Origin: a virus
Virus record (IMG/VR): IMGVR_UViG_3300042090_002597
Location: 32,001 to 96,000 of that record
DNA: 64,000 bases
Strand: one strand, 5' to 3'
In this document: positions 25,428 through 34,803 of the stretch, one piece after another
Layout of the letters: each line of letters starts with the position of its first letter
Position numbering within the stretch: the stretch's first letter is position 1
Notes under the pieces: model-generated
What the model was told of the DNA's origin: nothing
Seen by the model: the letters and a program-made list of their open reading frames with translations, nothing else
Databases searched by the model: none
Position numbers and translations under genes: made by a program

Positions 25428-25793
25428 TCAGGCGGGAGTGGAAGTGCCGCCCGAAGTGACGGTGCTGCCGCCGGACGAAACCACCGGCGAACTCTCTGCC
25501 GCCACTGCCGCTGCCAGAGCAGTGGCATTGGCGGTGATGGTGCTGGACAGGCTGGCCAGACTGGCCAGTTGCGCCGGGGTGGCACCAGCCGCAGTCGCCG
25601 CTGCGACCGCGGCTTCAAGCTGAGCGGAGAAGCCGTTGATCAGGGTGAGCGCCGAGGTGTTGGCGGTGGTCTCGGCCGCCACGGCGGCGGTGAGGCTGGC
25701 GATTTCGGCGGAAACGGAGTCGGACATGATTTTGAAATCCCTTCTGAGTTCGAGGAGCAGTTCGTAGATTCGGTCAAGTACGTGTTCGTTCAA
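25428..25793 (-). CDS. Ala-rich coiled-coil hypothetical protein
   Basis: Lysis-region context. Confidence 0.6.
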   Translation of the reverse strand: MNEHVLDRIYELLLELRRDFKIMSDSVSAEIASLTAAVAAETTANTSALTLINGFSAQLEAAVAAATAAGATPAQLASLASLSSTITANATALAAAVAAESSPVVSSGGSTVTSGGTSTPA

Positions 25794-26128
25794 GGGGCGG
25801 GTGCCACTGTCGGAGCAGGTGCCGGAATTGGAGCAACCGGGGTTGGTACTGTCGGCGCGGCCACGACAATCGGAGCGGCGGAAGGCAGAGCAGCCGATTT
25901 GTCAGCAGATCCCTTGCTGCTGCCAAGCCAGTAACCGAGCGCGATCATCACGCCTTGTTTCGGCAGTTCCGAAAGAGAACTGTACAGACTGTCCAGTTTG
26001 AGCAGGTAGGCGATTGCCACCCATGCGAAATAAGCGGCGAAAATCAAGAGCGTGACCGTCATCGCGCCCCATGTGGTGGCGGCCGGTGGCGTCGGCGCTG
26101 CTGTCGGTGTCGGAGTGGAACCGCTCAT
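25790..26128 (-). CDS. Holin-like two-TM protein
   Basis: Two hydrophobic helices; LGYWLGSSKGS motif. Confidence 0.7.
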   Translation of the reverse strand: MSGSTPTPTAAPTPPAATTWGAMTVTLLIFAAYFAWVAIAYLLKLDSLYSSLSELPKQGVMIALGYWLGSSKGSADKSAALPSAAPIVVAAPTVPTPVAPIPAPAPTVAPAP

Positions 26129-26151
26129 GTGCCTACCTCAAAGTGCGGGGA

Positions 26152-26412
26152 TCAGGGGGCTTTTGCTGTGGCAGGTGTTTCGGCGGTTTTTGCAGGCGGC
26201 ACAGCGGCCGCTGCTTGTAGCGAAGCGACCTGGCTCTGCAGAACAAAAACCTGGGCCCGCAACTGGAGAATGGTCTGAAGCTGATTCATCACCTCTTGCC
26301 CGAGCGCCTGCTTATCCGCATCCGCTGGCGCAGTCTGGGCGGGGGCGGTTTGTGCGAGAACGGCAGGCGCGGACAGCAAAGCGATTGCCGCCACGAGAGG
26401 GAAAAGACGCAT
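26152..26412 (-). CDS. Small secreted coiled-coil protein
   Basis: Signal peptide MRLFPLVAAIALLSAPAVLA. Confidence 0.65.
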   Translation of the reverse strand: MRLFPLVAAIALLSAPAVLAQTAPAQTAPADADKQALGQEVMNQLQTILQLRAQVFVLQSQVASLQAAAAVPPAKTAETPATAKAP

Positions 26413-26475
26413 ATTACATACCTCAATTTGAACGGGTGCCGGTAATATTACTCTCTCCTGAATGATTTCGTCAAG

Positions 26476-28044
26476 TCACATGCATTCATAGGCCCACGAA
26501 GTGGAGGCGAGCACCGAGCCCGCCAGGGTGAAGCCGCTGGCGGATTTTGTGGACAGATAAGGCAGTGTGGTTCCGATCGCCGCGGCGGTGCTGTTCGCAG
26601 GGAAAAAGACACAGGCTTTCGGCGCGGAATTCCAGGAAGCCGCGAAGGACACCGCGCACGAAGTGGTACTGGCCGAACTGATATTGATGACACCCGCCAT
26701 GTCGTTGGACCCGGCGGCTATCGACCCGTTCGTGCCGGTGCCACAGGCTCCGCTGGCGATCGTGGGCGCAGCAGTCGAGCCAAGCGTGATATGGCCAGTG
26801 GTATCCGCCGAAAGAGAGACCGCGCCTGCGGGTGCCAACTCCCAACCTGCGCCTCCGGACACATATCCCATCCAGGACGAACCGAGCGCAACACCGTTAG
26901 GCAGATAATTGGGGTCCGTATTGGTGGAGGCGCCATAGATGCGCTGCCCGGCTGCCATGGCGATAGCGCCGTTATTGGACCCGAAATTGGCAGTGGAGAA
27001 ATCAAGGCCGACTTTGGAATTGCCGAACCCGCTGAAAAATGCGTCTATCGGTGCGGTCGAGCCCGACGCCTGGATACGAACACCCGCCCAGAACTGACCA
27101 AGCGCAGCGGCACCATTTGTGCGCGTAAAATTGAACACGGCGCCAACGGCTGCGGTGTCGTATCCATTGTCCGCGAAATTATATTCCAATGCCTGAAGAT
27201 ATGTTCCCGTTTGATATGAATTTACATCGCCATTATTGGCGATGCAGGCAGGACCAGCCAGAAAATTTGTGGCGTTGACGTTGGTGGAGTTACAGAACAA
27301 TTCTGCGTTATAGCCCACTACGTCGCCTTGTCCTTTGTTGCGGGCGTAGGTTTTGAAAACGGCCACGCCGGTGCGTCCGCTATTAGTCGAATTGGACGCA
27401 TTGTAGCCGGAGGTATTGGTGAAAAGAGTTACGAAAGGCGATGCTTCTGGCGTCCACAAATAGCCCGACGACGGCTGGCCCAACGAAGCGGCGCCACTGA
27501 TCGTGGTCTCGGTGCCGGTGACGATGCGAGATATGTCGTCGTTCCAGATCGCCCCGTAGGGACCGCCACTGCCGACACTGGTTGTTGGTGCTGTAATGGT
27601 CAACACCGCGCGCGGCGCGTATTTGACTCCGGTGCCGTCAATAAGTTGGCCCGGTCCGGTGACTTTGTAAGCGGACGGAAAAGTAACAACCAGACAGGTT
27701 CCGGTGGCGACAGGTCCGCCTCCGGCAGTTTCGAACGAACCGAAAGGCACGCTGTCGTCGGTGCTGCCATTGCATGCGGCACCATAGTCTTTCAGGTTGA
27801 GCACATCGGTGAAATGAGAATTGACCGAACGCGGTGTCGGCAATCCGGAGCCAGTGACCAGTGTGCCGGTCATGGAGCCGCCGGACAGAACACCGCCAAC
27901 AGTATCGACTTTTGCCGCGAAAAAGGAATTCCACTGCGCGGCGCTCAGCACCTGGCCTGTCTGCACACCGGGACTCGACTGCGCCAGTACCGCACCGGCA
28001 GCAAAAAGCGTGTACGCAAAAGCGATCAGCAAGCGCGCTTTCAT
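26476..28044 (-). CDS. Tailspike/fibre-like protein with signal peptide
   Basis: LKDYGAACNGSTDDS pectate-lyase-3-like start; Gly/Ser/Thr-rich. Confidence 0.7.
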   Translation of the reverse strand: MKARLLIAFAYTLFAAGAVLAQSSPGVQTGQVLSAAQWNSFFAAKVDTVGGVLSGGSMTGTLVTGSGLPTPRSVNSHFTDVLNLKDYGAACNGSTDDSVPFGSFETAGGGPVATGTCLVVTFPSAYKVTGPGQLIDGTGVKYAPRAVLTITAPTTSVGSGGPYGAIWNDDISRIVTGTETTISGAASLGQPSSGYLWTPEASPFVTLFTNTSGYNASNSTNSGRTGVAVFKTYARNKGQGDVVGYNAELFCNSTNVNATNFLAGPACIANNGDVNSYQTGTYLQALEYNFADNGYDTAAVGAVFNFTRTNGAAALGQFWAGVRIQASGSTAPIDAFFSGFGNSKVGLDFSTANFGSNNGAIAMAAGQRIYGASTNTDPNYLPNGVALGSSWMGYVSGGAGWELAPAGAVSLSADTTGHITLGSTAAPTIASGACGTGTNGSIAAGSNDMAGVINISSASTTSCAVSFAASWNSAPKACVFFPANSTAAAIGTTLPYLSTKSASGFTLAGSVLASTSWAYECM

Positions 28045-28088
28045 GGGGCGACTCCGGTCAGAACGGCGGCATTCTATCGGCCCTGGGC

Positions 28089-30755
28089 CTAGTTCACGAT
28101 GCGGAGGTCCGGGCGGACACGCTCAATACGCCATTTCGTAACATGCGTATCGCCTCCGCCGCTCTTGGTGCCGCCATCCTTGACGAACCGAAGGCCGCCG
28201 GTGATCCGCCCGGAGTGTCGTCCAAGCCAGTTGCTGAGCCGCTGGGGGTCGACAATTCCGCGGTAGCCGGCGGCCCGGAGCATGATGTCGAGCAATTCAC
28301 CGCGCTCGACCACGCTCTCTGCTGGCCCCCCGACAACCTGGAGGCTATGTGCCGGCACGCCGAAACCTGCCTGCATAGCGGTGTCGGCGGCTTCCTTGGC
28401 GGTGTACGCCTTGTCGGAACCAAGACGACTGTTCCACGCCACCAGCATGTCCCGCAGGTTTTTCAGGTCTGGATCGTCCGCCCGGGCCCGGTCCATGGCC
28501 AGCACCGGATCCGGCCAGCCGAGCCAGATCAGGGCACCCCGGACATGGCGGGACCACGCCTCGTACGAGCCGAGCGGCCGCAAATTCTTGGACCCCGGAA
28601 AACCGGCTGCCGCGTGCGCCCGGAGAATGTCCAGTACTGCTGCCACATACGACCCCCGGTCGTTCTCTACCATTTTGAGCGGATCGAAGCGGAATGTACG
28701 GGTTTCCGGCTGTTCCACCCCGGCGTCCAGCCGGATCGGCAGGTTCCTTCGTACCATGTCTCCAGATACCTGCAGCCCGTTGCCGTTTGCGGTGAAAGTG
28801 GCGCAGCTCTCTACCTCGATGATGCTGCTGGCTCCGAGCAACCGGATCCGGATGCGCTCGCGCTCGACTGCCTGGTTCAGCACATCCGATCGCAGGACGC
28901 CGTTCACATTGTCCAGAGAGATCATCGGATAGCCAGCGGCGATCAGGCCATGCAACCGCTTGTCCAGTTCCTGGGGATTGTCGCTCGCGCTTGCCACAGG
29001 ACACCTTTGCCCGGTTGCTATAAGTGAAGCCAGATCAATGAGATGGCTTTTGCCTGTCCCGGCGTCGGTGGCGGATACGGAGAACATGGGTGCCAGCGAA
29101 ACGGCGCTGCGACAGACTGCGGTGAAGATCAGCGCGAGAGCGACGGAGCGGTCAACCTCGTCGACAAAGGGAAATCCCTCCAGCAGAGCGTTCACATGTC
29201 CTAGCCCCGTCGCGGCGTCCGACATAACGGCGTGCCGTGTGCCCCAGTTTTCGGGCATGCGGAGGTACGGATCGATTACCCGATGCACGCGCAAATCGGG
29301 GTCGTAGCCGACTCCGGTCGACAACCTCCCGTCTGGAAGCAAACCGGGTACGGCGACAACTCCGGCGATCTCGGGAAACGGGCGCGCGGTCGCTCTTTCG
29401 AGCAGGACCATCACCACATCGTTCGGAGGGTCGATAGTGACCAGTTTCTGCGCGCGGCCGTCGTAGCGCACCCAGGTGGCGACCTTGGACAGCACGTCAC
29501 GCAGCCCGGCCAGGGTGAAGGTGTGCAGGCCCACAGTGGTGGTGGTCAGGCCTTGGCTGCGCACCGTACGGGAGACCGGTGTGACCAACTGGCCGCCCCG
29601 TACATAGATCGCTTGCTGGGTGGCCAGGAGCGCCTGTTCCGCCTCGTCCGCGGCGCCGGAGAGGTTGCCGGGGTGCACCTGGATGGTGGGCCGCTGGACG
29701 GCTTGGACGATCTGCTGGGCTGGATTTGTTCTGTCCGGTATGACGATCGGCGTAAAACCAGATTCTCGAATTTTCCACTGTTGCCACGCTGTTCCGCCTT
29801 TCCAGGTCCGGCCGGCTGCGGCTTCGTGGCGCTGGGCTTCCCGGTGCAGCGAGGCGTAGCCGGAGTTCCGGGTTGGGGGCGAGACCCGCATCCGGTCCCA
29901 TTCTTCTTCGCAGGTGACCGATTCGCCGTACGCCGGGCTGCGGCGAGACCATTCGTCCCAGGCGGCGAAACCCTCGTCGGAGCCATCGGTGGCGGCAAAA
30001 ATTGCCATGCCGATGGTTTCTTTCCAGTAGGTCCAGTTACTGTCCGGGTTCGGTATCAGGGAGAGGGCTTCCCGGATGACGTCCACCGGCGCCTGTACGG
30101 GCGGTGTGTCCGGGTTCAGCGGCGCGGCCGGTTTCAGGCTGGCGGAAGCACGGGCGGCCAAGCGGTTGGCGGCTTCTCCGATCGGGGATAACTGGTCCGG
30201 TGTGCCCGAGAGGCGGTCGAAGGTAATGGTGACGTAGTTTGAGCCGAGGTAGATTTCGCCTTTGGCTGGCGCGCCGTTGGCGGTGAAGGAGTACGGGGTC
30301 TTTGTTGATTTTCCGGCCCATCCATCTGCCAGTCCGATGATCCGAATGCCGGTGAGGGACGGCGATATCTCGGTGTACGAGTTGCAGTCCGCGATCACCT
30401 CTTGCGCCCACGGTGCTATCGCTCCGGTGTCTTTGTCCCGGCAGTCGTCCAGATCCAGGAAGAGAAATCCGTCGTCTGGCCGAGGTGCAAATCCGGCACC
30501 GCGTAGAGGGTTCTGTGTTTGCGCCGAGGCAAAAAGTGCAGCGGCCGCTGTTGCATAGTCGCAGAGATCGTTGTCGTCATCTGTGTGCGCCGCGCGCCCG
30601 TCGGCGGTGAGCGGCGGCTTGTCCCAGGACGATTTCTTGTTGGGGTCCCGGAGGTTTCCCTTGCGGTCGTATTTCTGCACGTAGCGCCAGACCACCCAGC
30701 GCTTCATTTCGGCCAGAGGCAGAAGGGCTTGCGGAAATTGGCGGGGCTCGGTCAC
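28089..30755 (-). CDS. DNA primase-helicase (PrimPol + PriCT + P-loop)
   Basis: FLDLDDC, YTEISPSLTGIR, WDEWSRRSPAY, AGTGKS, ISLDNV. Confidence 0.88.
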   Translation of the reverse strand: MTEPRQFPQALLPLAEMKRWVVWRYVQKYDRKGNLRDPNKKSSWDKPPLTADGRAAHTDDDNDLCDYATAAAALFASAQTQNPLRGAGFAPRPDDGFLFLDLDDCRDKDTGAIAPWAQEVIADCNSYTEISPSLTGIRIIGLADGWAGKSTKTPYSFTANGAPAKGEIYLGSNYVTITFDRLSGTPDQLSPIGEAANRLAARASASLKPAAPLNPDTPPVQAPVDVIREALSLIPNPDSNWTYWKETIGMAIFAATDGSDEGFAAWDEWSRRSPAYGESVTCEEEWDRMRVSPPTRNSGYASLHREAQRHEAAAGRTWKGGTAWQQWKIRESGFTPIVIPDRTNPAQQIVQAVQRPTIQVHPGNLSGAADEAEQALLATQQAIYVRGGQLVTPVSRTVRSQGLTTTTVGLHTFTLAGLRDVLSKVATWVRYDGRAQKLVTIDPPNDVVMVLLERATARPFPEIAGVVAVPGLLPDGRLSTGVGYDPDLRVHRVIDPYLRMPENWGTRHAVMSDAATGLGHVNALLEGFPFVDEVDRSVALALIFTAVCRSAVSLAPMFSVSATDAGTGKSHLIDLASLIATGQRCPVASASDNPQELDKRLHGLIAAGYPMISLDNVNGVLRSDVLNQAVERERIRIRLLGASSIIEVESCATFTANGNGLQVSGDMVRRNLPIRLDAGVEQPETRTFRFDPLKMVENDRGSYVAAVLDILRAHAAAGFPGSKNLRPLGSYEAWSRHVRGALIWLGWPDPVLAMDRARADDPDLKNLRDMLVAWNSRLGSDKAYTAKEAADTAMQAGFGVPAHSLQVVGGPAESVVERGELLDIMLRAAGYRGIVDPQRLSNWLGRHSGRITGGLRFVKDGGTKSGGGDTHVTKWRIERVRPDLRIVN

Positions 30756-32242
30756 GACTTGACCCGCTTGGCGCGATCTTCCTGGATTCGTTTCAGACCC
30801 ATTTTGGCGTAATCAGGATTGAGTTCAATACCGATCGAGTTGCGGCCCAGGCGGTCGGCGACCATCAATGTGGTGCAGGCACCGGCAAACGGATCAAGGA
30901 CGGTGCACGGCACTGGATCGGGTGGAGGAAAGCAGGTGCAGGTGAATTTCCAGCCTGTGGTTTTGTCGGCTTTTGGTGTCCAAACTGTCTCGTCACCGCG
31001 TTCGCCGAAATGCGTTCGTTCAAGACGTTTGAAACCGTTCCCCGCGCTTCTGCCAGCGGCGGGGACTTTCTCGGATATGCGCTCAATCTGCGACCCGCAT
31101 TGCGGGCAACAACCTTTTTCACTGGTGGCGGCGAGGATCAGCGGTTCGACGTTCAAGCATGAGCAGCACGGCTCCCACCGCAGAGTTTCTATCCCGATGG
31201 GTTCTTTGTAGCTCGCGCCCTGACTGCCTCGCGAATGCCGAGCGTCTTGTTTATCGCCAAACCAATTTTCGTGAACTTTGTATTTCGTTTCTGCAATTCG
31301 CCGCCACGGTGTCCCGCAATTCGCGCAGCAGCCTTTCTCGCTTGTCGCCGCCGTAATAAGCGGCTCAACTAGTTTCACTGGAAATGTTGCGAAGTGGGCA
31401 CCCTTGAACGGGTATGGGTTCACGTCCAGTGCCAGCGGTTGGCCGTCCAGGTCAGTGATGAGGTTGTGCGGTTTTTCGAGTGAGGTGAAGAACAGGTCGG
31501 TGTTGCGGAAGTTTCGCGTTGCGCAAGAAGTCATTCCAGATGCTTGCCTGTGGGGCGCATAGCCTGCAGATTTTGGACCGCGCCCGTCTGTAAATCTGTT
31601 TTGCGGCTTCATCGTACCGGGCTGTTGCACCGCAACATGATCGTAGAAATAGTCGGTGCTTTTGGTGAACATGTAGACGTATTCGATGGCGCTGGTCGGG
31701 CGGTCCTTCACGCTCTCTGGCATGCATGAGCGTTTGATCCACGGAATCTGGGATCGAAGAATCCAGCCGTCCGCCTGCATAGCCAGGGCGAGCCGGGCGG
31801 GAACCATCATCGGGTCTTTTTCTTGCAGACCGTCAGGTATGCAGCAATTGGCGGCTTTTCCGCCACCACGTTCAATTATGTAGTTTTGTTTTCCAGAATC
31901 GCCGGGTTTGTGTTGGCCTTTTCCTGGCGGCCGCGAGTACCCGTCTCCGATGTTCAGCCAGAAGATGCCATCGTCCCGCAGCACTCGCCGCAGTTCACGA
32001 AATACGGAGACCATGTCGTTCAGGTACGCCTGAAGCGTTTTTTCCTGACCTATCTCGCCACTTTCCGCGCCGATTCCGTACGATCGGAGCCCGAAATACG
32101 GAGGCGACGTCACAACGCAGTGCACTGATTTCTCTGGAATTTCCCGGAGCACCCGTCGGACATCGCCAACAAAAATCGCGCCGTTCTCCCAGCATAGCAC
32201 CTCGGCGGGAGCGTCTGTACGCGAAATTTCATCAAGCGGCAT
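30752..32242 (-). CDS. N4-C/N6-A DNA methyltransferase (beta class)
   Basis: VTSPPY, HFATFP, VLDPFAGACTT, GIELNPDY. Confidence 0.92.
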   Translation of the reverse strand: MPLDEISRTDAPAEVLCWENGAIFVGDVRRVLREIPEKSVHCVVTSPPYFGLRSYGIGAESGEIGQEKTLQAYLNDMVSVFRELRRVLRDDGIFWLNIGDGYSRPPGKGQHKPGDSGKQNYIIERGGGKAANCCIPDGLQEKDPMMVPARLALAMQADGWILRSQIPWIKRSCMPESVKDRPTSAIEYVYMFTKSTDYFYDHVAVQQPGTMKPQNRFTDGRGPKSAGYAPHRQASGMTSCATRNFRNTDLFFTSLEKPHNLITDLDGQPLALDVNPYPFKGAHFATFPVKLVEPLITAATSEKGCCANCGTPWRRIAETKYKVHENWFGDKQDARHSRGSQGASYKEPIGIETLRWEPCCSCLNVEPLILAATSEKGCCPQCGSQIERISEKVPAAGRSAGNGFKRLERTHFGERGDETVWTPKADKTTGWKFTCTCFPPPDPVPCTVLDPFAGACTTLMVADRLGRNSIGIELNPDYAKMGLKRIQEDRAKRVKS

Positions 32243-32299
32243 AGATGGCGGTCTCCGGCGACTATTGACGTCATCCGGCGCACGCGCTATGTCTGGGTT

Positions 32300-32387
32300 C
32301 GGGCGCCACACCCTCCTACCCAAGACATCGCAGGTCCGCCTGTGATCCGGAGCCTCCCAGTTCGCCGCTGGGAGGCTTCGTCGTTTT
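32300..32387 (+). ncRNA. Candidate sRNA with anti-SD seed
   Basis: TTGACG-17-TATGTC promoter at 32265-32293, CCCTCCT, two hairpins, short T tract. Confidence 0.45.
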
Positions 32388-32530
32388 CGAGGGACCGATA
32401 CTGCATCTAGTGGCGGTGCCGGTCAAGCCATACCGGTAGGGGGTCTGAGTAGAAATACTCATGGATTTAGCTGTTGTGTTATTACGCCAACAGTGATATT
32501 TCAAGGCTCCGATTCTTACAGGAGCAGCAG

Positions 32531-32929
32531 ATGGCGAGAAAAGCAGTGGCGGTCGCACCGAAGCGGAAGCGGGCGCCGAAGAAGGCACCCCAGGCGGCGG
32601 TTCCGCGCCCGGCGGTAACCGGGATCGTGCTGAAACTGGAGACCAAGTTGGTGGACGACATCAACGCGGTTCTGGAGCAGCGTGGCACGAACATCGAAAC
32701 GTACATCCGCCTGCAGTTGCGCGCGTTCCGGCACGCCGGGAAAATTCTCGGGCTCAACGACCGGCTGAATTTCGGCAAGTTCTCGGGCGAGTTGGTCGAG
32801 GATGTATGTCGCGCCGAGCCGGGCTATGTGGAGTGGCTGATCGCCAACAGCACTTCGGCACGCTTCCACCAGGATGTGCTGAGCCTGCTGGAGGAATTGC
32901 GCGAAAAAGCAGAAGAGATACCGCTCTGA
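32531..32929 (+). CDS. Hypothetical protein with FGK(Y/F)xG domain
   Basis: LNFGKFSGELVEDVCRAEPGYVEWL; AGGAG RBS. Confidence 0.7.
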   Translation: MARKAVAVAPKRKRAPKKAPQAAVPRPAVTGIVLKLETKLVDDINAVLEQRGTNIETYIRLQLRAFRHAGKILGLNDRLNFGKFSGELVEDVCRAEPGYVEWLIANSTSARFHQDVLSLLEELREKAEEIPL

Positions 32930-33999
32930 GCTACTCTCCCGACCAAGCCGAAGCGATAGATCGGATCAGCCAGTTTCTGGCTGCCCGGCGTACCGAACGA
33001 AACTATTTTTCGCTCCAGGGTCTTGCCGGCACCGGAAAGTCCAAAGTACTGGCCGATCTCGCGCGCCGGTATGAGGCACTACTGGTGGCGCCGACGGGCA
33101 AGGCAGCATCGGTGCTCGCCCGTCGCACTGGCCTGAAGGCCACAACCATCCATTCGGCGATCTACCAGTTTCGCGGTGAATACGTGGACGAGGAGACCGG
33201 CGAGCGAAACTTGACTTTTAAGTCAAGAATCCGGGATGATTCATGGAAGGGCCGGATCGCTTTTGTTGACGAAGCCTCGATGGTCGACGCCACGCTAGCG
33301 ATGGATTTGCTGGCGACAGGCTGTAAAATCGTGGCTGCCGGTGATCCTGGTCAGTTACAGCCCGTCCGCGGCACTCGTTTTTTCGAACATGCTGACGCCA
33401 CGCTCACCACCATTCACCGGCAAGCGTTGGAGTCAGCCATTGTGCGCCAAGCGCACAATGTGCGGCACAACGGAAGTTACGCTGCTGATGGGCCGGATTT
33501 CCGGGTGCAACGTTTTGTCGAGCGCGAAGACATTCTCGCGGCCGACATTTTCCTGTGCTGGCGCAATGCCACCAGGCACGCACTGAACTCCCTGGTGCGG
33601 GCGCACCGAGGCCTGGAGGGCTATCCTCTGGCCGGGGAACCCGTGATGTGCCTGCGCAATGACCATGATGTGGGGATTCTCAACGGTGCTGTCTATCGTC
33701 TGATCCGGGATTACGACCCGAACATGCGCTTGGCGAGAATTGTCAACGAACGCATGGAGACGATAACCGTAGAAGACTGCCGGATCGAGCAATTGGACGC
33801 CCCAGGCGACCCTATGCTTGCGTCGGAGGAGCATCCGTTTGCTTTCGCCTATGCGGCGACTGTTCACAAATTTCAGGGCTCTGAGACCGATACGGGAATC
33901 CTGGTGGACGAATACGATCGCCAGGACCAGCGGCGCGAGTTTCTGTATACCGGCTTCACTCGTTTTGCAAAAAGAATGATTGTGCAGCGCAACTGGTAG
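32926..33999 (+). CDS. RecD/Dda-like SF1B helicase (probable CTG start)
   Basis: GLAGTGKS, APTGKAA, DEASMV, GDPGQLQPV, TVHKFQGSE, YTGFTR. Confidence 0.9.
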   Translation: MSYSPDQAEAIDRISQFLAARRTERNYFSLQGLAGTGKSKVLADLARRYEALLVAPTGKAASVLARRTGLKATTIHSAIYQFRGEYVDEETGERNLTFKSRIRDDSWKGRIAFVDEASMVDATLAMDLLATGCKIVAAGDPGQLQPVRGTRFFEHADATLTTIHRQALESAIVRQAHNVRHNGSYAADGPDFRVQRFVEREDILAADIFLCWRNATRHALNSLVRAHRGLEGYPLAGEPVMCLRNDHDVGILNGAVYRLIRDYDPNMRLARIVNERMETITVEDCRIEQLDAPGDPMLASEEHPFAFAYAATVHKFQGSETDTGILVDEYDRQDQRREFLYTGFTRFAKRMIVQRNW

Positions 34000-34002
34000 C
34001 GG

Positions 34003-34401
34003 TCAGCCTGGGTCCGACGGACTGGCACGGGTGTGGGTGTCGAGACCGTTCAGCGTCGGCGGTACAGTCGGTCCGGTTGGCAGCATGAACGGCATGGGCT
34101 CCACTTCGTTTCGCCTTTCCTGGCCAACGCCGTTTCTCGCGCGATCGGCACCCTGAATACCGGCTACGTTTATCGCGATGTGCTGCAGTGTTACAGAGAT
34201 ATCCTTCAGTTCCGTTTTCAGCGAGGTAAGCTCGGCCTGCGCTTCCGCAAGTTTGACGTCGTGCTCGGTCAGCTTGGCCTGCACCGTGAGGGCCATGGTC
34301 AACCCCCAGCCGACCATTGACACGATGGTCAGGAGATGGCCGATATTGAATGTCCAGAAGTTTTTCATGGCATCCTTGGGTGGATTGAAACTTATAGACA
34401 T
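34003..34401 (-). CDS. Membrane-anchored coiled-coil protein
   Basis: TM segment then heptad repeats. Confidence 0.65.
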   Translation of the reverse strand: MSISFNPPKDAMKNFWTFNIGHLLTIVSMVGWGLTMALTVQAKLTEHDVKLAEAQAELTSLKTELKDISVTLQHIAINVAGIQGADRARNGVGQERRNEVEPMPFMLPTGPTVPPTLNGLDTHTRASPSDPG

Positions 34402-34512
34402 TTTACTTCACTCCTTTCTGGTCGTGTCGGCCCGGCGAAAAGAGTGACTCGCTGGATCACGTACGTGTGTATTCTAGCCTGAGCCAAGCGTACACGTAGC
34501 GTGAAAAAAGCG

Positions 34513-34803
34513 TCAATTGGTCACAGGCGGATTGCTTTTCTGAGTTTGACGGATTTGCGAGAAAATTGCTTCGAGTTTCGCCTGCTCATCTCGACAATTG
34601 GGCGACGTCGCAGACATTCGGCAGTAGAAGTTGCGGTTTTCAAATACGCGACGCGCCTGATGCCAGAGCGCGGCCTCCGCAGGCGTCGGTTGCGCGCTCT
34701 CTTTTGGCGCGTTTGGGTCTTCCGAGACAGCCGGAACGGCCATCGCGGAAGTCGTGAGCAAGAGCAGAGCGGCGATGGCTTTCATGGTGGTTCTCACGGA
34801 CAT
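34513..34803 (-). CDS. Small secreted protein
   Basis: MKAIAALLLLTTSAMA signal peptide. Confidence 0.55.
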   Translation of the reverse strand: MSVRTTMKAIAALLLLTTSAMAVPAVSEDPNAPKESAQPTPAEAALWHQARRVFENRNFYCRMSATSPNCRDEQAKLEAIFSQIRQTQKSNPPVTN

